From NCBI GenBank assembly GCA_964016885.1, contig OZ024740.1:85746001-85810000 (forward strand): DNA of 64,000 nucleotides. The letters run 5' to 3'. Below the pieces are notes generated by a model. The model was not told the origin of the DNA. It saw nothing but the letters and a program-made list of their open reading frames with translations, and ran no database searches. A program made the translations under genes and the position numbers. Source of the stretch: Eledone cirrhosa. Lineage: Eukaryota. Positions 12,850-26,251 of the stretch are shown here, in pieces; the stretch's first letter is position 1, and each line of letters starts with the position of its first letter.

Positions 12850-14222
12850 TATCCAGGGACTCCAGGCACCTCATTGTCAAGCTTGACATGAGGAATGCCT
12901 TTAATTCTTTACGCCGGGATCATCTGCTCGAGGCCTGCCTCAGCCGAGCCCCCTTAGCCTACCCGCTGGCCTACCTGTCATATGGAGCCCCGAGCATGCT
13001 CCTAGCTGCTGATACGGTCATACTCTAGGCTACTGGGGTCTAAAAGGGCGACCCTTTGGGACCCCTCCTGTTTGACCTTGGTTTTGACCACATCGCCCGG
13101 AGTATCACGGCCCCTCTCAACATTTGGTATATGGATGATGCTACCTTGGGCGCTCCCGTACGGACGGTCTGCCAAGACCTTCAATCGGTGATTCCTGCCC
13201 TGGTGGGAGTCGGCCTCCCGGTCAACTCGGCCAAGTCGGAGGTGGTGAACGTCAGCCTCGATGCTGTGAGCTTTACAGCCTCCGTCTTGGACGTGCGGTC
13301 CATACTCCGCCAGGTTCAGGTGACCCCCAAAGAAGATGTCCTCATCCTCGGGTCACCGATCCACCCGCCGGCCATCCGCTCCACCATCAGGTCCAGGCTT
13401 CAACAGCTCCAGACTCTCACGAGCCGACTGGGCTTGATTGACGGCCACCCAGCTCTCTTTCTGCTGAGGAACTGCTTCGCCATGCCGAAGCTCCTCTATA
13501 CACTCCGCAGCGCTCCATGTTACACCAAGACATCTCTCCTCGCTGACCTCGATACTTGTATCCGAGCAGCAGCCGAAGGGATATGCAACGTCAAGTTTGA
13601 CGACATAGAGTGACAACAGGCCACTTTACCGGTCAGGTATGGCGGTTCAAAACACAACAGAACCCTCTGTATTCAGAGAACGTGAGGCCGCCTGTGAGAC
13701 GTGGGACCGGCTGGGACTTAGCCCAATAGACGTCCCTCCTCCTTCTCCCCCTGTTGACGTCAAGTTCCCCCAAGCACTTGGGATGCCATCCAGTGCAGCC
13801 TGGCCTCAGACAGGCTCACGCGCCAGCTCGACCAGCACCGCCTTGCTTGTTTTCGTGCGGCCTCCAAACCCCACAGTGGTGCCTGGCTCCATGCTCTGCC
13901 CTCCTTCTCCACTGGCACGCAGCTAGACAACCATAGCCTGCGAATCGGCGTTTCCCTGAGGCTCGGCCTCCGGATCTGCCAGCCACACCAATGTCGCTGC
14001 GGTTCCACCGTGGACTCTTTCGGCCTCCACCCGCTTTCCTGTCGCCACAGTGCCGGCCGCATTCCACGCCATACTGCCCTCAACGAGGTCATTAAGCATG
14101 GCTGGGACGCTGCAGGCTTCCCTTCCCAGCTCGAGCCGGTGGGGCTGGATCGAGGGGATGGCAAAAGGCCAGATGCATGACCATCTTCCCGTTCCGCGGT
14201 GGCAAACCTCTCGTCTGGGATG

Positions 14223-14225
<3 letters not shown>
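12850..14225 (+). mobile_element. CRE-clade non-LTR retrotransposon fragment (RT + zinc knuckle + RLE), with stops and frameshifts
   Basis: KLDMRNAFNSLRRD, GDPLGPLLF, WYMDD, PKLLYTLRSAP, then LRLGL..CRCG..HPLSC..GR..RH.ALN..EP.GL.R.DGKRPD; visibly GC-rich. Confidence 0.85.
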
Positions 14226-14632
<407 letters not shown>

Positions 14633-14634
<2 letters not shown>

Positions 14635-14714
14635 TCCCTGATGACGTAATGAATTCTCGATGGTTATATTACGTAACTATCTTTATCCCATTACAGAAAC
14701 TAATTAGTTGGAGT
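14633..14714 (+). ncRNA. Type I hammerhead ribozyme motif at the start of a (TA)n-flanked element (14631-14890)
   Basis: actcc-CTGATGA-cgtaatg..cattaca-GAAA-ctaattag-TT-ggagt; palindromic stem III; extra hairpin in loop II. Confidence 0.75.
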
Positions 14715-14886
14715 GAAATTTTAGTAAGTAAGTTAATTTTTAATTTTTTTTAAAATTTTCTTATTTTACGTCTTTCATAATTGTTCTGCATCCTCCTGCA
14801 TTGAACCACCTAGGTACTATGACATAACTTATGTATTTGCTACCATTAGTGTACATCTGTACGCATATGTTGGTAGATATACTAAT

Positions 14887-15070
<184 letters not shown>

Positions 15071-15264
15071 CATATATACATATATAGAGGATGATATTTC
15101 GAGAGGTAGACCAGCGGGATATTGATTTGTGAAGAATCTTAATATGTTGTAGTCTAAAAATAAAAATATATATATAGCAGCAGGCTTTTAATTTCTTGTC
15201 TGATGTTCTTTACGATAAGATTCATTCGGTATTGTGTACATCGAATATAAGTGCGTATACACCC

Positions 15265-15354
<90 letters not shown>

Positions 15355-15439
15355 TAAGTGTAAACTAGACTCACCTATTCTCCTTCTCTTTCTCCCCCTC
15401 TCTCTCTCTCTATATATATATATAGTACAGCTCCTCTTT

Positions 15440-15610
15440 TGTGTGTTTCGTTGAAGATGCGACTACTTTCCACTTTATTTATTAGAGTCCCGTACTTTCT
15501 ATTAAGGCCTCTAGAGCTCACGTAAGACAACATAGTAAACGATCTAACCCTTCTACTAGAAAGGAAAACCGCACGGATCATCTCACCACGTGCCCCATAC
15601 ATTTCCTTTA
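15440..15610 (-). pseudogene. Possible decayed PLE thumb-region remnant
   Basis: MYGARGEMIRAVFLSS resembles PLE FYG...E..R..R.SS; weak. Confidence 0.25.
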
Positions 15611-16629
15611 AAACTACATTTCTTATTTCTTTTGCAACTCTAAATGCAGGCTGATTAACGTTTCTGAAAGTGAAACGGACTTAGCAAGCAAGCAAATCCT
15701 CGACGAAGTGGATTCGTTATAAGATCGGCTACTGCATTATTCCAGTGGGACAGCAACGCCATCATTATCAATTATTTCTGTGATATTGATAAAAGAGCAG
15801 TCTGTAGATTCACCCAGTCTTATATTGTGGATGTTTCTCCTTTCATATCACTTGCAAGCCCTGGACTTTGGAAGCAAGTAACTTGAATTAACCACTTCGA
15901 TATTAGAATAGGCATGAACGCTAGTAATTCGTTCTTATATAATAACAAGCCCTTCTCTATATCACGAGGAACCGGTTTTCTGTCACGACAGGATTCATGT
16001 CGCAGATTTCGTTGGATTACTTATCCTGAATTCTCTAAAAAAAGTGCACATCTCTTCACAGTTCGGATTTGTAATACGACGACGGCTGGGAGATTTTAAG
16101 TTATATAAATGGTTACACTGTATATAGATTTAAAAAGTACTTAATAGTAATTTACAAAAAATCTTCCGTTTCTGTTTATAGTGTAGGCTAAAAATCTATA
16201 GCTATATTGTGTGGCAATGAAACAAAACGCTGTTAACGCACCAGTAATCGATTTATATGCTTAAAATATCTTCAGAATAATTTGCTTTACAAAGGTCACA
16301 TGTGCTGCCCACTTCTACAAATTAATTAACGTATGGAAACTATTAGTTGAAGCATTAATTCACTATTAAATACTAGATTAATTATGAAATTAAACCAGAG
16401 GAATTTAAAAGTCTAAATTTAGAATACTTAGGAGAAGTCTTCTCATATTTTAAAAATTATGTTACTGTTTTCAGTCGTTAAACCCTGGCCGTCCTGGAGC
16501 ACTGCCTTCAAGGGTTTAGTCGCCCTTATCGACTCCAGTACTTTCCCTTTCAAATCTTACACTTATTGTAGTGATCTCTATTTGTCAAAGCGCTCGCTAA
16601 GTTACAGGATATGAGCAAAAACATTCAAG

Positions 16630-16781
<152 letters not shown>

Positions 16782-16971
16782 ACACATATATATATATATA
16801 ATATATAACATTTTATATAAACTATCGTAGCGTTGGGTAAGCTTTGTACTCCTTAGAAAGTTAGGAATCCCAAACGCAGAAATAATTGCAATCGCAGTCG
16901 ATTGCTATAATTAATATCTTACAAAATCAGGTAAAATAACACTATGGATGAAAAAAAAAAAAAACGGAAGG

Positions 16972-17023
16972 TGGGCACCTTTCGCCGATGGGCACCTTTC
17001 GCCGATGGGCACCTTTCACCGTC
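16972..17023. repeat. 3 x 17-bp tandem repeat tgggcacctttcgccga between imperfect inverted repeats 16810-16900/17050-17140
   Basis: Direct reading. Confidence 0.8.
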
Positions 17024-17380
17024 CTTATGGGTATATATTTATAGCACTCTTCTGTGATTACGGTTATTTTCTGCGTTTGGGAATCCTACATTTTGTATAA
17101 ATTTCAAAAACTACCAAACACGCTAATAGTTTATATAATGTTCACATCCAAAGCTGTTTGTATAGCCATCTAATTCAAATGGAATCGATTGTCAGAGATC
17201 GTTTAGTTCAATGGCTAAAACACTTGGTGGGAATTTAAGAGATATGGAGTTTGATTATCCGTAGTAGATGCTGGCCACACCCAATTTTTTCTAAGCTATT
17301 ATTTATAGCAATCAACTGTGGTTACAGTTATTTTATGCGTTTGAGATTCTTCCATTTTCTCAGAGTTTCGTATATACTTA

Positions 17381-17479
17381 CAGGGTGTCCCAAAAATGTA
17401 TACACACTTCAACCGCATTCAAATAAATATTGCATGTACAGGTAATCAAAGTGTGAATGTATTTTTGGAGGAGACCCTC
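17381..17479. mobile_element. Tc1/mariner-type MITE remnant
   Basis: TA-CAGGGTGTCCCAAAAATGTATACACACTT..AAGTGTGAATGTATTTTTGGAGGAGACCCTC-TA imperfect TIRs with TA target. Confidence 0.6.
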
Positions 17480-18254
17480 TATATAGATATAGATGCATAT
17501 ATGACGGTCATCTGCTCAACTTATGTTTAACTTATTTTACTTACACGTTAGATCTGCGGCTATTGTAAAAGATATTTGTCAAAGTAGACGTAGCGCTACT
17601 GAACTCAAAACCACATTGATGCGAAGTGAGCTCATTAAACACCCAGCCTGTTCTTAATGATTTCAGAATACATTTTGTTCAGTTTATCAGGCGTCTTGTA
17701 GGTTTGATAACTTGTGGCTATGTTTGACTATATAATTAACTTACAGACTTTACTAAGCTGCAGTGTCGTTTCAAACAAAATCAGTCCTTTACAGTACATC
17801 ATTCTACTTGCCTCGATATGTAAGACTAGAAATATGTCACTCAGAATTTATATTTCAAGGGTTACATGCAGGAAAAGTATCCATTTCTGCAAATATATGA
17901 CTCAATCAATAAGAAAATAAGCACATTGTTAAAAAGCTGCCACACACATCCTAACAAAGAAAATTGATTATAAAAGCATGGAAGGAAAATTTTCTTCGAG
18001 GTCTTATTTTTATAAGTCTTTTAGAAATATAAACGCTTCTGCAACACTGTACATCAAATAGTGGCCAAATTCTATTAAAGCACACCCGACTCTATATCAA
18101 GAGTTAATGATAGATAATGCAATCCTAAATATACAAAGTTACAGGATAGCAGCAACTGGATGGTCTTTAATCATAGGTTTGTACAATCAAGGCTGATAAA
18201 CAACACCAATAATATAGATATTCAGTTCTTTCTAGTTCACAAGATTGGTATCTC

Positions 18255-18820
18255 GCTGCGATGATTGTACTACCTATCCTAAAAGCTGGTCAATGCCGAG
18301 TCAATATATTTGTATGTGGTGTCCCTAGGCGTAAACTTACACTCATATTCTACATTTTTACGGAGGCATTTATTCTGCATAGAACAATTAGCTAGAATTT
18401 TACAGTGATATTCATTGTTAGTATGCGTTGTGCTGTAATTATGTCTATAGGGTTGGTTAACTACCAGGTGTGGATGAATAGAGTTGTGTCCCTTACTATG
18501 TTTCCCCAAGGTATTTATGTAATTTCCGTGGGCGAGTGTCATTGTAATAGCGTTTAGACTGTGTTTAGGTTCCAATTTGCTATTGTTAATCTTAACTATG
18601 TTTTGGGATAGGTGTTTGGCTATATATTATTTTTTTTGATATTTGTATTTATCAATTGATTCGATTATCGATTGCTTGATATTAGATGTTTTTAGTTTTG
18701 GTTATATCTCTGATTAAGTTGATGTTTTTTAAAAATTGATTATATGTTCGATTGGTTGTTAGTCATATTAATTTTGTTGATAACCCTAATTAATTTAGGG
18801 TTCAATATTGCCACTTCATC
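18255..18820 (-). pseudogene. Decayed PLE GIY-YIG fragment (Naiad-like)
   Basis: HCKILANCSMQNKCLRKNVEYECK..YKYIDSALTSF*DR*YNHR resembles C.C..CP..GKCL..NVVY...YIG...FK.R..NH. Confidence 0.55.
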
Positions 18821-19376
18821 ACTGATTCTGTAAGGGAAGTACTCTGTTACTTAATTCATTTCAGTTAGTATTGTGTAAGATGGTGTTTGGCACGGTGTTA
18901 CAAAGCATTGGATGCACAAAGCACCTCGCGGTAATAAGATATCGTAAAAACGTAAATAAATAATACGTATAGTATATCAGCTCTCTTCCCGATTGAGCAC
19001 TACACTGTTTTCCTTTTCTTTTTGTCACACGTACGGACATTCTCTACATGTACACACACACACATAAATGTATGTGTGTGTGTGTATATATATATATATA
19101 GAAAAATACTGCAGGTAGCGCATGGATAACATGTAATAAAATGAGTCCCTCATCAGTGATTTGCCGACGATCATAGATATTTCATTGCATTAAAAATCAT
19201 ATACCTCACGTCGGTGCAATAATAACTAAAATAAGTTATTAGGACAATTAAAATGCGTAAAGCGAGTGAGACAGGAGAACAACAAAGAGTATAGCTAACC
19301 GTAGGGGAATGAAACAAGCTTCATAATTATTCTGTTTAGCATATACTCGTATATATATATATATATATATATATAT

Positions 19377-19562
19377 AACGAAGGAGGTGTAGTAAGGAAC
19401 CAGATGGACCATAACGCACCAGAGTACTCAATACTTAGGGTAGTAGAATGGGTAATAGGAAAATGTTTAACCCCGACGGCAGAGCTCAAGCCGTTTCGAC
19501 GGCTATTTCAGAAATAGCCGTCGAAACGGCTTGAGCTCTGCCGTCGGGGTTAAACATTTTCT

Positions 19563-19565
<3 letters not shown>
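19377..19565. mobile_element. Family FB-B fold-back element containing a hammerhead 3' half
   Basis: Perfect 51-bp arms 19459-19509/19511-19561; right arm reads tagccgtc-GAAA-cggc..gccg-TC-ggggt. Confidence 0.8.
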
Positions 19566-19590
<25 letters not shown>

Positions 19591-19594
<4 letters not shown>

Positions 19595-20445
19595 AAATTG
19601 CAAGTTTGAAGAATTATTAGATAAAATATACACAGTCTTTCCTCTCCCTAGTCCGTAGAAATCAACCATATAAATAATCATTTAAACGAGGCTATAAGTT
19701 TAAAATGTAACTATGAAGAAATAATAGACAAATGATACAGACTATTTTCCGCGAGGAACAGTCAGATCAAATTTATCTAGTCATTCCTTTTAGCCCGTAG
19801 AAATTAACTAGTCAAATAATCAACTAAACGGAGCTAGGTCTAAAATATAAGTTACAAGAAAAAATGCATATAAACTTTACCAAAATTCCTCTAGTCCCGA
19901 CTGTCGACAGTTTCGCTCGTTCTTTGTGGATACATCCAGTCCTGGAATTATCCATGAGGCTTCGAGGTTATGAAGAGACTCCTCAAGTTTGGACTAAGAT
20001 TTCTACAGTGATCACCGCCAGAAATGAATTCAAAAATGGCTAAGGATCATCACGTGGCTAGTGGTCAAATTAGAAGGTTGTGAATGGTGACTAGGCGGCG
20101 AGTAGACTGGCTGCTAGAAATCGCAGCCAGATATTGCCTAAAGTGTTACTCTACCGTGGGGGAGTATATATTAAATTCATAGGGATATATGTATATATTT
20201 AGACATATATTTAGACATAGTCACAGATACATATATGAGTGTGGATACCGTTCACGGTATGGCTCAATGAAAAAATTTAATTAAGCAAATAATTATTAAT
20301 CAGAGCTATAAAATTGCAAGTTTGAAGAATTATTAGATAAAATATATAGTCTTTCTTCTCCCTAGTCCGCAGAAATCAACCATATAAATAATTATTTAAA
20401 CGAGGCTATAAGTTTAAAATGTAACTATGAAGAAATAATAGACAA
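19591..20445 (-). mobile_element. Non-coding element with about 140-bp direct terminal repeat (pLTR-like) and decayed hammerhead
   Basis: 19591-19731 repeated at 20307-20445; minus strand agtcc..cTTGAGGA..GAAA-ctgtcgacag-TC-gggact at 19893-19995. Confidence 0.6.
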
Positions 20446-20446
20446 G

Positions 20447-21375
20447 AAATATCCGTAGGTGTGAAAAAGGAAAAAAGAAAACAATGCTCAATCGGGAAGA
20501 AAGCTGATATATCATATTATCTATTTATGTTCATATACGGAACAAAGGTGCTATCTATGGTTTCAAGGCCCAATGTTTATCATATCTCCAGAATGTAAGA
20601 AGGATCAAAATTGTGACCTAATCTTCAGGTGCTTATACGAGTTTATAAGATACCGTTAAAAGTAAAGCGTGCTAAAACGCTAGTTTACGAAAAACGTAAT
20701 ATAACATAGCGAAATAACTCCAAGATATAAAGTAGCGAAGTTGTACACGTGTGGGCTATAGCAAATGTATTGTATTATGTGCAGGTATGTAATATAGAGA
20801 TAGGAATGTTTATTAAGGTATTCATTAGTAAGGTTCGTATCAACCGTAATTTTAAGTCCTAGTGCACGAAAGATGTAAATGTTTTAGTGAATCTGTTCAG
20901 TTTGTGTCCGTTACAATCATGTGAAAACAAAGGACCATCGTTACGGTATGGACCAAGAGAATAGTTGGGGAATTTAGAGTTTTTTGTCTGAAGAATGTAT
21001 AAGCCGATAGTATTACAAACATCAGCACTGTTATAGAACACAACGGAGACGTCAAAAGAATCATCAGAGTCAGGTCTTTTTTACCCAAGTAGTATCGTTA
21101 CTAAATAGGGATGTTCTACCGGCTGACATATACAAAAGAACGAGCAAAGTCTAAAGCATTATTAAGAAAGGACCTAGAAATAGAGGGATAAAAATCTATA
21201 ATATGGGAATGTGGTCCTGTTCTTAAAGGGAATTTCTGTGAACCAGGATATGATAGATGTGTTATTTCACAGTGAGAGATTGGTGTTTGTAATTCTTAAT
21301 GTGTTGATACCACTTAAAATTATATTACTAGCTAGTCCTAAATCTGTCATTGCAGGATTTATTAATCTATAATAA
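20447..21375 (-). pseudogene. Decayed PLE RT fragment (Naiad-like) plus 3' region
   Basis: FDVSVVFYNSADVCNTIGLYIL..LGPYRNDG resembles FDV.MGSYDGAEVCELVGLYIL..GLYRDDG; CTGAAGA..GAAA remnant at 20560-20627; 20447-20530 is inverted relative to 18950-19045. Confidence 0.55.
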
Positions 21376-21677
21376 ATTTTAAGTTGAGCCAACTTATACA
21401 GCTTCAAATGCAAATGTGGCTAATCACCCCACTTACACAGGCGAAACAACTATATATTTTCGCCTCTTTCAAATTCCAGCAGTAAGCAAAAAGACTCTGA
21501 TGAGGATCAGAGCTCGAAATGCATAGACAATTATCTTCCGCTGCTTCTGCTAGAATCCGCAAGACGGCGTTCACCGTCAGCCTTTCTATTCATAGGAGGG
21601 CTTTCAAAATATTTATTTATTAAACGTCTTTAGACATACGAAATTCACAGGCATATATATATATATATATATATATA

Positions 21678-21968
21678 ACTAGAAGGGGTATTTAATTTGT
21701 TGGAAATCCGACAAATATAAATATAAATTCTCTTTCAAACCTGATATGGAACTTAAAATGGAAGAATATAGATTATTCATTAGCTTGGGAAACAGTTTCA
21801 TAAGCACCCGCGTACCAAAACACAGTTCTATCTAGATTCTGCAAATTGCGTATTGAGGAAATTTTTTATATACTTAACTGTAAAAACTCAATTAATCTAA
21901 GAACGAATTTATTTAATTCTTGTAGACATCGCCAGAATTCAACATTCAGAACTATATATAACTTATAA
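21678..21968 (+). pseudogene. PLE GIY-YIG C-terminus (Naiad-like)
   Basis: SLSNLIWNLKWKNIDYSLAWETVS*APAY..FCKLRIEEIFYIL..INLRTNLFNSCRH. Confidence 0.65.
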
Positions 21969-22781
21969 TTATACTTATAATATTCCTATTAATCTCCATA
22001 ACAATCTCATCTACTTGGTTTTAATATATTGATATCTCTAAATCATAATATCTCTAACATTTTTTGTACTTCCATTTCTTAAAAATTTTCATATAATATA
22101 TACGTATATAATTCTAAATTTTTAAAAATGTTTTTAATTTTTTTTTTTAATTTGAATAATTTTTAATTTGAATAATTTTTTATTTCTTTAGAAATTACTT
22201 ATCGCTTAAACATTTTTTTTTTAAAGGATATTTTTAAAATTTTCTCAAAAATTTTTTCTCAAGATTTAAAAAAATGTTAAAAATTTTTTTAAAATTAAAA
22301 AAAAAAAATTTTAAATTAAAATAAAAATAAAAAAAAAATTTTCAATATTTTAAAATATTTTTTTTTCAATATATTTTTTCAATATATTTTTTGAATATAT
22401 TTTTTCAATATTTTTTTTTCAATATATTTTTTCAATATTTTTTCAATATCTTTTCAATATTTTCTCAATATTTTTTCAATATTTTTTCAATAGATTGATA
22501 ACCACTAAGGATTCTGGCTAAATGTATCTTAAACATCCATACTTATTATGACTAAATAGTCTCACACAAATAAATAAAACCGGAGTTTTTTCCTTATCTT
22601 CCCTTTTAATCCTATAAATATAAATATAAATATTCTTACTTAACTCAGTTAATTTAATTTAATTTAATTTAATTTAACTTTAAATACATATTTATTTACA
22701 TAAAATACAAAACAATTATCCCTCATAACTCATTTGAACAAATATCTATAACATGATATACCCATCTATTTATTTATTTGT

Positions 22782-22824
<43 letters not shown>

Positions 22825-23228
22825 TCTACTTATAAACGAATGAAAAATATTATATTATAAAAAAAATTTAAGCAACTGATAATCGTATAATATCCTTTTA
22901 ATATAAATACACATAATATTAAGATATATATTTACATATTAACATAGGTAATTGTCCGAATATATGTCCCTCAAATTAACGTTATGAGTTTTTTTTATTC
23001 ATCTTCGGTTTTTTTCCTTCTTCTCTCTCTCTCACTATTTTTTCCTTCTTCTCTTCTCTCTCTCCATAGTCGTTTAAATAAAAGGTTGTTTTTCAATTAT
23101 TTACATATTCATTTGCATATTCACCCATAAGTTTGAAAAATCGCTAATACATTTCCACTATCCAGAGAATATCCAACTGATAAGGTATGATTTTCCTGGG
23201 TATGTCTCTATTTATAAAACAAATTTTG

Positions 23229-23289
23229 TATTTTATCTGAAGATAGCGTACCAAAGTCTTTTGGTACCCTTGAAATATATAATAAAATA
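23229..23289 (+). ncRNA. Type I hammerhead ribozyme motif downstream of the PLE fragment
   Basis: tattttat-CTGAAGA-tagcgtaccaaag..tttggtaccctt-GAAA-tata-TA-ataaaata. Confidence 0.7.
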
Positions 23290-23412
23290 AATATGGTTTT
23301 ATAAATATAGTTTCCATTTATTTAATATCATTGTATATATATATATATAAAGGATACATATAAAAGCATATTCTCTGTTTTTATTCAATAAACATGAGAC
23401 CTACCCAAGTAT

Positions 23413-23519
<107 letters not shown>

Positions 23520-24059
23520 GTATGTCCATAGAATCATTTGATAATATATATACACCATTTCCTCTCCCAATTACCATAATTAACCACTCAAAAAATCAAT
23601 TAGACCAGGCTATAAGATTAAAAGGCACCTATGAAGAAATAGTAGATAAATAAACGACAGCAATCTCTTCGCGGCCAACCGCCATAGAATATTTACCCAA
23701 CATTTCAACAGCACGTGGAAATCGATTAAATATATCGTCAACCATACACAATTAGGTATAAAATTAAAGTTAGAAGAAATGCATATACACATACCAGGAT
23801 TACGTTTCAATTTAATTTTATATCTAATTGTGTATGGTTGACGATATATTTAATCGATTTCCACGTGCTGTTGAAATGTTGGGTAAATATTCTATGGCGG
23901 TTGGCCGCGAAGAGATTGCTGTCGTTTATTTATCTACTATTTCTTCATAGGTGCCTTTTAATCTTATAGCCTGGTCTAATTGATTTTTTGTGTGGTTAAT
24001 TATGCTAATTAGGATAGGAAATGGTGTATATATATTATCAAATGATTCTATGGACATAC
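23520..24059. repeat. Large fold-back element, about 250-bp inverted arms with 42-bp spacer (related to the 19591 family)
   Basis: 23520-23768 is a near-exact reverse complement of 23811-24059. Confidence 0.9.
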
Positions 24060-24175
24060 TTTATAGTATATTGCTCTGATTATTTAATTTATTATTTCAT
24101 CAATGCGCCACATCGTGAATGGTTGCCAAAACACATATATATCTGTGACTTTGTCTAGTTTGTGTATATGTAAAT

Positions 24176-24227
<52 letters not shown>

Positions 24228-24267
24228 AGTGTTATGGTCCACCTGGTTCCTTACCACATTTCCTTCG

Positions 24268-24343
<76 letters not shown>

Positions 24344-24410
24344 AAGGTTTAGCCAATAGAGAAAAAGTTTTAAAATAAATTTTAAAAATTTCGCTGTACT
24401 TACTCTATGT

Positions 24411-24494
24411 ACCTTTATCGCGCGGTTTCAAATCCCAAAATAAATGGATAATCCAGGCGGATCACCATTGAGAAGGGGACTTTCGTCAGAAGGT
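24411..24494 (-). ncRNA. Hammerhead motif, homolog of 839-922, in element 24339-24780
   Basis: acctt-CTGACGA-aagtccc..gggattt-GAAA-ccgcgcga-TA-aaggt; one mismatch at the base of stem III. Confidence 0.7.
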
Positions 24495-24778
24495 TCTTCT
24501 CGCTCGGAGAATATAAAATTCCCGAGTTCAAATCATAAACTGGCGCCATACAAAACTGTTCCCGGATGAGAGTGAATGAGGAAGGAACCAATTTTGTCTA
24601 GTGCTGGGTGTAAAGACAGAAGACAAGGGCGGACAGGTCAATGTCCTACCACTAGAAATAGCAACAGTTCAAACGACCAAAATGTTATCTCAACCATAGG
24701 GGATATTAATAATAATAAAGTATGCGTTCCTATGTGTAAAAAATACACATATGGATACAAGTATTATCGAACCGTATG

Positions 24779-24854
<76 letters not shown>

Positions 24855-24869
24855 TAAATATATAAATAT

Positions 24870-25444
24870 AAAATACCTGTTGATAACGTGATATTCCTTG
24901 TTCGATCATTGTACCAAAAGCTTATAGTTTTAAGCAGACAGTATTATTGATTTAGGTGTCATAGAAACCCTGCATTTGGATTTTATCATCAATTCCAATG
25001 GGTTCAGGTAGGTTATATATGTATATATGTAAAAGCACATGCGCAATTCACAAGGGGAAAACCCCCAGATTTTGGCAAATGAATTCAGTATGTGTAAATC
25101 ATGCAAAAGATTGCATAAATAGCACATTTCGAATAAGCACTCAACCGGGTAGTTTTAAAATAAACTTATGCAATTAATCTGTCAATAGAATTATTAACAG
25201 GTTAATTTTAAGACTCGGGCGATTAATACAAATATAAGTTCAGCGAGAATCGCATTTCGGCGGGTAGAAAAAGCGAAACGAATCTCAAAATCAGAGTTAT
25301 GCTGGCAAGCGCTCTATAGTTAGAAAAACAGAGCTAAACATATATGTTAAAACGCCATACAAAACTGAAAAAGTGGTCAAGACATTAACCACCTAAGCCA
25401 AATAACAAGTCAAGCTAAACAGGTCAAACAAAATAAATGATAAA

Positions 25445-25514
<70 letters not shown>

Positions 25515-26137
25515 TATACACATATATAACCGACCTGGACCCATTGGAATTGATGGTAAAATACAAATGTAGGGTTTCTATGACACCTAAATCAATAATA
25601 CTGTCTGCTTAAAACTATAAGCTTTTGGCATAATGATCGAACAAGGAATATCACGTTATCAACAGGTATTTTGCTCTGCACCAACTTTGTGATTGACGCA
25701 GGGCTTTGTAAAAGCACATGCGCAATTCACAAGGCGAAAAACTCCAGATTTTGGCAAATGAATTCAGTATGTGTAAATCATGCAAAAAATTGCATAAATA
25801 GCACAAATCGAATAAGCACTAAACCGGGTAGTTTTAATATAAACTTATGCAATTAATCTCTCAATAGAATTATTAACAAGTTAATTATAAGACTCGGGGG
25901 GTTAATACAAATATAAATTCAGCGAGAATCGCATTTCGGCGGGTAGAAAAAGCGAAACGAAACTCAAAATCAGAGTTATGGTGGCAAGCCAAGCGCTCTA
26001 AAGTTAAAAAACCAGAGCTAAACATATATGTTAAAACGCCATACAAAACTGAAATAGTGGTCAAGAAGACATTAACCACCTAAGCCCAAAAAAAAGTCAA
26101 GCTAAACAGGTCAAACAAAATAAATGATAAAATCATA
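24870..26137. repeat. Two adjacent copies of an unclassified 600-bp element, the first with its 5' part inverted
   Basis: 25029-25450 directly repeats 25707-26137; 24870-25016 is the reverse complement of 25525-25671. Confidence 0.85.
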
Positions 26138-26251
26138 TATGTATATATATATATTGTTATACTTTGGGAGGGTCATGTTGTCAACACACGATTTCAGATA
26201 AAGAATCTTGCTAAACAAATTCAGAAACGAAATATATATATATATATATTA

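Noticed and set aside
16972-17023. CRISPR-like appearance of short repeats (also the 25-bp module at 34486-36563)
   Set aside because: No unique spacers, no cas genes, eukaryotic context.
19145-19190. GAAA..CTGATGA in permuted order (also 40855-40895) as a type II hammerhead
   Set aside because: The stem I hairpin forms but stem II cannot pair and stem III is poor; left as an unresolved repeat family.
18255-21968. Selenocysteine-encoding Naiad PLE
   Set aside because: The fragments are decayed; the stops seen are not UGA at conserved Cys positions and no SECIS could be supported.
22100-22500. Extremely AT-rich ttttcaatat repeats suggesting organellar DNA
   Set aside because: No mitochondrial genes nearby; it lies in the 3' region of a PLE fragment.
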